DNA of 64,000 nt, taken from an uncultured Gammaproteobacteria bacterium. Its GTDB lineage: Bacteria > Pseudomonadota > Gammaproteobacteria > Steroidobacterales > Woeseiaceae. The position numbers and the translations under genes were made by a program. The DNA is taken from positions 121,761-185,760 of the forward strand of contig CAVWAH010000011.1 of the NCBI GenBank assembly GCA_963752875.1, in the 5' to 3' direction. Positions 9,463 to 17,283 of the stretch are shown here, in pieces. Within the stretch, counting starts at the first letter, position 1, and the number at the start of each line of letters is the position of its first letter. The notes under the pieces are model-generated. The model searched no databases. It was not told the DNA's origin and saw nothing but the letters and a program-made list of their open reading frames with translations.

Positions 9463-9741
9463 TGAGATGCCCGGTGTTCCAGAATGTTCTGGCGTTAGGA
9501 ACGCTTGGCCATATTATGGGCCCCATTCGTCGATATCCCAACACCTTGAAACTGCGAGAAATACGGATTTCCGTGCTGCTCCTACGTAGTCTAATATCGC
9601 ACTCGCTACGACCAACTAAAATACTCTGAGTGTTGCTCAGTTGGGGACAATAAGAGCGTTCAAGCGAGAACTGACGGCAGACTTGCCAGGACAATAAATA
9701 TCAGGCATCCCCCGGTCATTGATCGGAACTTGAGGAACACC

Positions 9742-11148
9742 ATGATCAAGAACTTCTTTGCGTCAATTACTCATAACGCCATCAGCCTGGTTGGTACCGC
9801 AATCGCCGTGGCTACACTGGTACTTATGGCGAGCCTGTTCGGCATGGAAATTTGGGGCTTCGATGGCGGCCCATACCTGGGAATACTGACGTACCTGATT
9901 CTGCCGATGATTTTTGCCATTGGCTTGATTCTGATTCCGGTCGGCGCGGTTCTTTATCGCCGCAGGCTGCGACGCGTGCAGGGAGGAGAAGACACGCCTC
10001 TACTGCCAGTGTTCGACCTGAACATCCAATCGACACGCCGCTGGATGCTGATATTTGTCGCTGCGACGATGTTCAATATCGTCATTGTCGCGGGTGCGAC
10101 CTACAAGGGCGTACATGTCATGGAGTCCGTGGAATTTTGCGGTCTCGCCTGCCACTCGGTCATGGAGCCCGAGCACACAGCCCATGCAAGGTCGGCGCAT
10201 TCGCGGGTTGCGTGCGCCGATTGTCATATTGGCCCCGGTGCAGACTGGTTCGTTAAGTCCAAGCTGGATGGTGCGTGGCAGCTCATCTCTGTAGCCTTTG
10301 ATCTCTACCCGCGCCCGGTGCCCACGCCGCTGCATGATTTGCGCCCGGCACGGGAAACCTGCGAGCAATGCCATTGGCCGACGAAGTTTGTCGGTGACAG
10401 GCTCAAGGTGATTAATCACTTTGAAGATGACGAGGCGAGTACAGAATTAACGACGGCATTGCTGCTGAAGGTCGGGGGCTCCAGCGGAAGCAGTTCGCAC
10501 GGCATTCATTGGCATGTCGATCCGGATGTCAAGATTCGCTACCGGTCAGACGACACCCGTGAAGAAATCTACGAGGTGGAGTTTGCTCATGGCGACGATG
10601 AGGCGGTTATCTACTCAGACCGCAAGGCGCCGGAGGAAGGCGGCGTCTGGCGTTCGATGGACTGCGTCGATTGCCATAACCGGCCGTCGCATATCTATGA
10701 ATCGCCGGGACCTGCAATCGATGGGGCTATCAAGACCGGCCTGATCGATCGGTCACTGCCGTTCGTCAAACGCGAAAGCCTGCGCGTGATTAATGCCGAA
10801 TACGAATCTCACGAGGTGGCTCGAGAAGCGATCACTGCCGGGTTCACGGCTTTCTATGCCGACAACTACCCGGACATTGCAACCGAAAGTGGCGAGGAAA
10901 TTGACGCGGCGGCAAACGCGCTGGGCGACATCTTTTCGGTCAATGTCTTTCCGGGCATGAATGTCTGGTGGGATACCTATCCGAACCATATCGGACACGA
11001 ACAATCGGATGGGTGCTTCCGTTGCCACAGGCGCAGCATGCGAACAGCGGACAGGAAGCAGATCTCGGACGACTGCGACAATTGCCACGTCCTGCTTGCT
11101 GAAGAAGAGGAAAATCCAGACATCATGGCCGTGCTGAAACCAGAGTGA
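9742..11148 (+). CDS. membrane-anchored NapC/NirT-like multiheme cytochrome c (3 TM helices, 6 heme motifs; ImcH-like architecture)
   Basis: ATG 9742 follows GAGGAA (the track start is TTG 9730). Three N-terminal TM helices. Heme motifs are CGLACH (a CX3CH), CADCH, CEQCH, CVDCH, CFRCH and CDNCH. Confidence 0.75.
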   Translation: MIKNFFASITHNAISLVGTAIAVATLVLMASLFGMEIWGFDGGPYLGILTYLILPMIFAIGLILIPVGAVLYRRRLRRVQGGEDTPLLPVFDLNIQSTRRWMLIFVAATMFNIVIVAGATYKGVHVMESVEFCGLACHSVMEPEHTAHARSAHSRVACADCHIGPGADWFVKSKLDGAWQLISVAFDLYPRPVPTPLHDLRPARETCEQCHWPTKFVGDRLKVINHFEDDEASTELTTALLLKVGGSSGSSSHGIHWHVDPDVKIRYRSDDTREEIYEVEFAHGDDEAVIYSDRKAPEEGGVWRSMDCVDCHNRPSHIYESPGPAIDGAIKTGLIDRSLPFVKRESLRVINAEYESHEVAREAITAGFTAFYADNYPDIATESGEEIDAAANALGDIFSVNVFPGMNVWWDTYPNHIGHEQSDGCFRCHRRSMRTADRKQISDDCDNCHVLLAEEEENPDIMAVLKPE

Positions 11149-11897
11149 ATCAAATGCTTGCGAACCCCTCAAGGCGTCAGCTTATCAATGAGGTAGTTAG
11201 TGGTGGCACCGGACTGGTGTTGGCGCTATTTATGTGGGGGCACGTTGTGCTGGTCGGTTCGATCTTGACCGGCGAACGCGGCTTCGACTGGATGGCGACG
11301 ATGCTCGAGGACTATTTCATCGCCCAGCCAACGGTGATAGCGATTTTCTCTCTGTTCCTGGTGCATGCGGTATTTGCGGCGCGCAAGATTCCGTCGCAGC
11401 TTCAAGAACGCAAGCGTCTGGCCGAACTCGCTAAGGGACTCAGAAATTCGGGTCGGGAAAAAGTGGCAACGCGTACACCGTATTCGCCGTTCCGTCCGCA
11501 CCTCGAGTCGATGCTCTGGATCTGGCAGGTACGCACAGGCATGGTCATGCTGGTGCTGGGTAGCTTCCACCTTATTCTGCTCGCTCTCGATGTGTTCACC
11601 CCGCTGTTTGGTGACATGGCGGGCATCGAGTCGTCTACATCGATGGCACGTGTTGCCGCAGGTTTGTGGCTGCCGTACGCGATCCTGTTGCTGTGTGTCG
11701 AATTTCACGCCAGCGTCGGCTTGTATCGGCTCGCGATCAAATGGGGCGCCGATCTGTGGCTGTCGCGCAAGGTGATGCACCTGATCGAACAGATAATTTT
11801 CTGGACGATTCTGGTGATCGGTTCAATTACGTTGTTTGTACTCGCAGGCTGGATGGATCCACCGCTGGCCTTCCTGCTCGAAGGGGCCGGGTCATGA
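11145..11897 (+). CDS. frdC: fumarate reductase/succinate dehydrogenase diheme cytochrome b subunit, type B (5-TM, FrdC-like)
   Basis: 250 aa with 5 predicted TM helices and four TM histidines (MWGHVV, LVHAVF, SFHLIL, EFHASV), as in Wolinella/Geobacter-type FrdC. GTG 11145 overlaps the upstream TGA; the alternative start is ATG 11154. Confidence 0.75.
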   Translation: MNQMLANPSRRQLINEVVSGGTGLVLALFMWGHVVLVGSILTGERGFDWMATMLEDYFIAQPTVIAIFSLFLVHAVFAARKIPSQLQERKRLAELAKGLRNSGREKVATRTPYSPFRPHLESMLWIWQVRTGMVMLVLGSFHLILLALDVFTPLFGDMAGIESSTSMARVAAGLWLPYAILLLCVEFHASVGLYRLAIKWGADLWLSRKVMHLIEQIIFWTILVIGSITLFVLAGWMDPPLAFLLEGAGS

Positions 11898-13840
11898 TGC
11901 AAAAGCTCCTGACAACGGATGTACTGGTTATCGGCGGCGGGCTAGCCGGCGAACGTTGCGCGATAGAGGCGGCAGCAGCTGGCCAGGAAGCGTTGATCCT
12001 CTCACTGGTACCGCCGCGCCGCAGCCACAGTTGTGCAGCACAGGGCGGCATGCAGGCGGCGTTGGCGAATTGCGTCAAGGCAGAGGGCGATAGTCCGGAT
12101 GTCCATTTCCTCGACACGGTGCGTGGCTCCGACTGGGGTGCGGATCAGGAAGTCGCCAATATTTTCGCCGACAACGCGCCGGTCGCAGTGCGCGAACTCG
12201 CACATTTCGGTGTGCCATGGTCGCGCGTAAAGGGAGGCAAGAATCACTACTTCATCAAGGGCGAAGAGGTTGAGATAGACGAAGCGCTCGAGAACGATGG
12301 TCTGATTGGCCAGCGCGACTTCGGCGGCACTGCCAAGTGGCGAGCCTGTTACGCGGCGGCTGGTACCGGACACGCAGCGCTTTACGCAATCGACAGCGAA
12401 GTCGTGCGCCTTGGGATTACGGTACGAGACCGTACCGAAGCGGTTGCTCTGATTCACGATGGCAGTCGATGCGTGGGGGCGGTCGTCAGGGACCTTCGCA
12501 ATGGCTCACAGTTCGCTGTGATGGCCAAAGCGACCGTTATCGCTACAGGCGGATACGGTCGCATTTATGGCCAGTACACGAGTAATGCGACGATCAACGA
12601 AGGCACGGGAGCATCGATTGCTCTTGACACCGGCATCGTGCCGCTTGGCAACATGGAGGCCGTGCAATTTCACCCGACAACCCTGTCACCGAGCGGAATA
12701 CTGGTGACAGAAGGTTGCCGAGGTGACGGAGGTTATCTGCTCGACAAGAACATGAACCGATTCATGGTCGAAGCGGAACCCGAGAAACAGGAGCTGGCCA
12801 GCCGTGACGTTGTGTCGCGACACATGGTGCAATGTATGCGCGACGGCAACGGCGTCGAGTCACCGTATGGTCCGCATCTCTGGCTCGATATCCGGCATTT
12901 GGGTGAGGAACACCTGCGGACCAAGTTGCTGGAGGTTTGGGATATCTGTCGTGACTTTGTTGGACGCAACCCTGCCGAAGAACTGATACCGGTGCGACCG
13001 ACCCAACACTATTCAATGGGTGGAATACGCGTCAACAAGGATGGCCAGGCATACGGACTTGCGGGCCTGTTTGCCGTCGGCGAAGCGGCCTGCTGGGACA
13101 TGCACGGCTTCAATCGTCTTGGCGGCAACAGCCTGGCCGAAACGCTGGTTTCCGGACGCATCGTCGGTCGTCGTGTCGCGGAATATGCCACCGGGACGAC
13201 ACTGCGAGCCGACACAGGTGCCGCTTTTGATGCGCTCGAAGCTGCCGCAAATCGATCCCGGGATTGGCTGGTACGTACTGGCAATGGCCCCAGCGTCTAC
13301 GAGATTCGCGACAGAATGGGCGAGATCATGATGCACAAGGTCGGGATCTTCAGGAACGGTGACGAACTTGCCGAGGCTGTCACGGAACTCGGGCAGTTGC
13401 TGGACGACTGTGATAGTGCAGTGTTGCGCTGCAAAGACCCGGGTATGAACCCGGAGTTGTCCTTTGCGCTACGTCTCAAAGGCATGCTGCGCCTCGCGAT
13501 GACCGTCGCCAAAGGCGCGCAAGCCCGCACAGAAAGTCGCGGCGCACATTTCCGGATGGATTTCCCGCTTCGCAATGACCGTGAATGGCTCAATCGAACA
13601 CTGGTCCGTTGGGGAATCGATGATAGCGCACCCTCATTCAGTTACGAGCCCACTGGCATCATCGACCTGCCACCCGGTCATCGCGGATACGGTAGTGACG
13701 AGCGCATCGAGATGACGACATCGCTCGATGATTACAACGAAAATGTACTGGCTGAGCAGATTCGACATGGCCGCCTCGATAGTGTTGAGGAGATGGGCAG
13801 TCGATTGCGGCGCGGCGCAAGGAATGCAGAGGCAGGCTAG
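11894..13840 (+). CDS. frdA: fumarate reductase/succinate dehydrogenase flavoprotein subunit
   Basis: ATG 11894 overlaps the frdC TGA (ATGA). N-terminal DVLVIGGGLAGERCA dinucleotide fold, RSHSCAAQGG (covalent-FAD His) and QFHPT. The track ORF starting at 11666 is an upstream in-frame extension overlapping frdC. Confidence 0.9.
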   Translation: MMQKLLTTDVLVIGGGLAGERCAIEAAAAGQEALILSLVPPRRSHSCAAQGGMQAALANCVKAEGDSPDVHFLDTVRGSDWGADQEVANIFADNAPVAVRELAHFGVPWSRVKGGKNHYFIKGEEVEIDEALENDGLIGQRDFGGTAKWRACYAAAGTGHAALYAIDSEVVRLGITVRDRTEAVALIHDGSRCVGAVVRDLRNGSQFAVMAKATVIATGGYGRIYGQYTSNATINEGTGASIALDTGIVPLGNMEAVQFHPTTLSPSGILVTEGCRGDGGYLLDKNMNRFMVEAEPEKQELASRDVVSRHMVQCMRDGNGVESPYGPHLWLDIRHLGEEHLRTKLLEVWDICRDFVGRNPAEELIPVRPTQHYSMGGIRVNKDGQAYGLAGLFAVGEAACWDMHGFNRLGGNSLAETLVSGRIVGRRVAEYATGTTLRADTGAAFDALEAAANRSRDWLVRTGNGPSVYEIRDRMGEIMMHKVGIFRNGDELAEAVTELGQLLDDCDSAVLRCKDPGMNPELSFALRLKGMLRLAMTVAKGAQARTESRGAHFRMDFPLRNDREWLNRTLVRWGIDDSAPSFSYEPTGIIDLPPGHRGYGSDERIEMTTSLDDYNENVLAEQIRHGRLDSVEEMGSRLRRGARNAEAG

Positions 13841-13846
13841 GGAACT

Positions 13847-14590
13847 ATGAGCGAAACTACACGCCGACTACGGTTCGAAATCTTCCGGTATAACCCGGAG
13901 GACGAGAACAGTACGCCGCATACGGATGTCTTCGAGCTTGACGAGACGCCGTTCATGACGCTGTACATTGCACTCAACCAGATTCGTGAACGATTCGACC
14001 CGGGTTTGCAGTTTGATTTTGCATGTCGCTCGGCAATCTGCGGTTCCTGCGCGATGATGGTTAACGGGCGACCTGCGCTGGCGTGCCGGACGCTGACAAG
14101 CGACCTTACGGAAAAGATTCACCTCTATCCGCTGCCGGTCTTCAAGCTGATCGGTGATCTGTCCGTGGATACCGGGACCTGGTTCCGCGCGATGGTCGAA
14201 CGCACCGAAGCCTGGATACACGAGCGCTTGCCATTTGATCCCGATGCAACAGAAGACCGCATGAGCGACGACGTAGCCGCGGCAATTTACGAAAATGATC
14301 GTTGCATCGAGTGTGGCTGTTGTGTTGCGGCGTGTGGTGCAGCCAATATCGATTCTGAGTTCCTCGCCGGAGCCGGGTTAAATAGAATTGCCCGTTTCAT
14401 GCTCGATCCGCGCGATCAACGGACCGATGGTGACTGGTTCGAGGTTCTGGCTGGTGACGAGGGCGTCTTTGCCTGCATTGGCATGATGGCCTGTGAGGAT
14501 GTCTGTCCGAAGGAACTGCCGCTTCTCGACGTGTACGGATACCTGCGCCGAAAGTCATTCTCCGCGGGACTCTCAAGTAACAAGAAATAG
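13847..14590 (+). CDS. frdB: fumarate reductase/succinate dehydrogenase iron-sulfur subunit
   Basis: 2Fe-2S region CRSAICGSCAMMVNG...C and Cys clusters CIECGCCVAAC and CIGMMACEDVCP. Confidence 0.9.
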   Translation: MSETTRRLRFEIFRYNPEDENSTPHTDVFELDETPFMTLYIALNQIRERFDPGLQFDFACRSAICGSCAMMVNGRPALACRTLTSDLTEKIHLYPLPVFKLIGDLSVDTGTWFRAMVERTEAWIHERLPFDPDATEDRMSDDVAAAIYENDRCIECGCCVAACGAANIDSEFLAGAGLNRIARFMLDPRDQRTDGDWFEVLAGDEGVFACIGMMACEDVCPKELPLLDVYGYLRRKSFSAGLSSNKK

Positions 14591-14787
14591 ACTGAGCGCA
14601 AAGCTCACTTGGTTCTTGCCGTAGGTATCTTCGGCTAGTACGTATTTATGTCTATACGTCGCTACGGTTGTATTGAACGAGGTGAATCTTCGGCATAGTT
14701 CAGGCAACAACCAATATCAATAAAAAGTTCGCTGCTGAAGCCTAAATTAACCTTTCGAGTGTCAAGGGGGCACAGGGAGAGGTAACC

Positions 14788-15258
14788 ATGAAGCGGCACG
14801 TCCTGCACCCGTTATGGGTAGCAATCGGACTAGTGGGGCTGATATTCCTGGCCAGGAGTTTTCTGGTCCCGGACGACTTTGGCGTTCACGGCGACAGCTT
14901 CACCTACAATTATCATCGCCTCAGCAATATTCAGGAATGGCAAGATTTTCCCGTGAAGTACCGTGGGAAGGATTCCTGCACTGAATGCCACAAAGCCAAT
15001 GTCAGGAAGAACAGGCGATCTCCCCACAAACGCATCGAATGTGAGAGCTGCCATGGGCCGTCAGGTAACCATCCTGACGACGTGGAATACCTGCCGCTTA
15101 ACAAAGAACGAGCCCTCTGCCTGCGATGTCACGCATCTCTTGAGTATCCCGATGCGGCCAGATCCGACTTGCCTGCGATCCATGATCGGCGCCACAAACG
15201 CAAGCGCGAATGCGTTGAATGCCACAATCCACATGACCCAAGGGAGGATGTCGAATGA
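14788..15258 (+). CDS. membrane-anchored tetraheme cytochrome c
   Basis: GGAGAGG ribosome-binding site. N-terminal TM helix. Motifs CTECH, CESCH, CLRCH and CVECH in 156 aa. Confidence 0.8.
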   Translation: MKRHVLHPLWVAIGLVGLIFLARSFLVPDDFGVHGDSFTYNYHRLSNIQEWQDFPVKYRGKDSCTECHKANVRKNRRSPHKRIECESCHGPSGNHPDDVEYLPLNKERALCLRCHASLEYPDAARSDLPAIHDRRHKRKRECVECHNPHDPREDVE

Positions 15259-16025
15259 CTTGTTCTCGCAGGGATTTCCTGAAAGATGCCGTCGGTGGAA
15301 CGGTTGCATCCGTATTACCGCTGAGCGCATTTACATTCCTGACTACAGCCGAAGCCAAGGCGGCGATAGCTGACGCAAAAGTCAGGTGGGCGTTCCTTGT
15401 CGACACGAACAAGTGTGTCGGTTGCGGATTGTGCGTCGACGCATGTAAGAATGAAAATGAGATTCCGTATGACGCACCTGTCACCCGGACCTGGGTCGAA
15501 CGCTATGTAGTAACCAAAGACGGTCGAACGCTTGCAGATTCTCCCAAGGGTGGGAGAGACGGATTCACAACCGGCAATATTCGTGAGGAGGAGATTGATC
15601 CCGATAATGTCGCAAAGGCATTTTTCGTTCCAAAGCTCTGCAATCAATGCGACAACCCGGCCTGTGTGCAGGTGTGCCCTGTTGGCGCGACGTACCAGAC
15701 GCATGACGGGGTGGTCCTCGTGGACAGGGAATGGTGCATCGGCTGCGGCTACTGCATCATGGCTTGCCCCTATGGCGTCCGCTTCTTCCACCCGGAGCAC
15801 AGAGTCGCCGACAAATGCAATTTCTGCTACCACCGGATTACCAAGGGTCTTCAGCCTGCCTGTGTGCAGAGCTGCGCATTCGGCGCCCGCAGGTTGGCGA
15901 ACCTGAAGGACCCCGATGACCCGGTAACAAAGATCATAACGACCGAAAGAGTGGCGGTCCTCAAGGACGAGTACGGGACAAAGCCGCATGTCTTCTATCT
16001 TGGTCTCGATGCCAGCGTGAGGTGA
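15255..16025 (+). CDS. Tat-exported 4Fe-4S ferredoxin-type subunit (NrfC/PsrB/SirC-like)
   Basis: ATGA overlap with the upstream gene. Twin-arginine signal CSRRDFLK. Cys clusters CVGCGLCVDAC, CNQCDNPACVQVCP, CIGCGYCIMACP and CNFC...C. Confidence 0.85.
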   Translation: MTCSRRDFLKDAVGGTVASVLPLSAFTFLTTAEAKAAIADAKVRWAFLVDTNKCVGCGLCVDACKNENEIPYDAPVTRTWVERYVVTKDGRTLADSPKGGRDGFTTGNIREEEIDPDNVAKAFFVPKLCNQCDNPACVQVCPVGATYQTHDGVVLVDREWCIGCGYCIMACPYGVRFFHPEHRVADKCNFCYHRITKGLQPACVQSCAFGARRLANLKDPDDPVTKIITTERVAVLKDEYGTKPHVFYLGLDASVR

Positions 16026-16029
16026 TTTC

Positions 16030-17283
16030 ATGACCCCGGACATCATCGTGCACGGAGCTGAGTGGACAGTAAAAGAGCTGTTCGTCTACCCCAACGAATT
16101 CATCTACTGGAGCATCCAGATCGTCATGTATCCATACATGACAGGCCTGGTGGCCGGCGCGTTCGTACTGTCCTCTCTGTACCACGTATTCGGCCAGAAG
16201 GACCTCAAGGAAATAGCCCAGTTCTCACTGGTGTTTTCCCTGGCTCTGTTGCCAGTGGCTGCGCTGCCATTGTTGCTGCACCTGCAACAGCCGACGCGAG
16301 CCATGGAGCCGTTGTTGACGCCGCACTTCACGTCGGCAATCGCCGCATTCGGTATTGTTTTCACTGTGTACGGATTGATCGTCGTCAGCGAGATCTGGTT
16401 CGTCTATCGCGAGTACTTTGTGTATCAGCTTGAGACCCTGAAGGGCGTACCCGGGTTCTGGAACGCACAAAGGCGCATCGCCTACAGGGCACTGACTTTC
16501 GGCGCGCGTGATGTGAGCGCGGATGCGCTCAAGGTCGACCACAAGGCTGCGAAAATACTTGCGGGCATCGGCATTCCCGTGGCCTGTTTCCTGCATGGGT
16601 ACGCCGGGTTCATCTTCGGTTCTGTCAAGGCCAACGCGTTGTGGATGTCGCCACTGATGCCGGTCATTTTCATCATGTCAGCTATTGTTTCCGGCATCGC
16701 CCTTTGCATGCTGACCTATATCATAATAATGGAGTGGCAGGCATTTCGTCAGCGTCGGAAGAACGGGGCCGAGGCAGCCGGAGACATCAAAGGCGCCGAG
16801 AAGGAAGTAGTCGGCAGGGCCACTCGCTACCTGCTGGGATTCCTGATCGCTGCTATTAGCCTCGAACTTCTGGACCTGATCTTCCGCGGCTACACGGCAA
16901 TGAAGTCCTGGGATATTCTGCGCTCGGTAATGTACGGCAAGGATTTCATCAATATCTTCGTCCTTCAGTACGGACTCGGAAACCTTGTCCCGTTCGTATT
17001 GTTGATTCTGCCGCGCCTGACGATCAAACGCACTGTACTGGCGCTGCTGCTCGTACTGTTCGGCGTGTTTATGATGCGCTGGAACGTGGTTATCGGCGGC
17101 CAGGCATTTTCATTGTCGTTCTCGGGCTACATGCATTACCACATTCCCATCATCCCGCACAGCGTTGAAACCTTTAAGGAAGGGCTGTTCGGCGCATTGA
17201 CCGTGATGGCTACTCCGTTCGTGTTGTTCTGGTTTATCAACAAGTTCGTGCCGTCTCTGCGGAGGGATATCGGAGCCGCCTAG
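16030..17283 (+). CDS. NrfD/PsrC-family integral membrane quinone-interacting subunit
   Basis: 417-aa polytopic membrane protein directly after the FeS subunit, showing the NrfD family pattern. Confidence 0.85.
   Translation: MTPDIIVHGAEWTVKELFVYPNEFIYWSIQIVMYPYMTGLVAGAFVLSSLYHVFGQKDLKEIAQFSLVFSLALLPVAALPLLLHLQQPTRAMEPLLTPHFTSAIAAFGIVFTVYGLIVVSEIWFVYREYFVYQLETLKGVPGFWNAQRRIAYRALTFGARDVSADALKVDHKAAKILAGIGIPVACFLHGYAGFIFGSVKANALWMSPLMPVIFIMSAIVSGIALCMLTYIIIMEWQAFRQRRKNGAEAAGDIKGAEKEVVGRATRYLLGFLIAAISLELLDLIFRGYTAMKSWDILRSVMYGKDFINIFVLQYGLGNLVPFVLLILPRLTIKRTVLALLLVLFGVFMMRWNVVIGGQAFSLSFSGYMHYHIPIIPHSVETFKEGLFGALTVMATPFVLFWFINKFVPSLRRDIGAA

Noticed and set aside
9479-9492. 6-2-6 palindrome ccagaa-tg-ttctgg in the divergent cytochrome promoter region, as a candidate operator
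   Set aside because: It is short, matches no regulator consensus I know (not FNR/CRP, Fur or LexA), and is expected by chance in 270 nt of intergenic DNA.
11666-11893. N-terminal 76-codon extension of the FrdA ORF (track start 11666)
   Set aside because: It overlaps frdC in another frame. The canonical FAD-binding N-terminus begins at the ATG at 11894, which overlaps the frdC stop.
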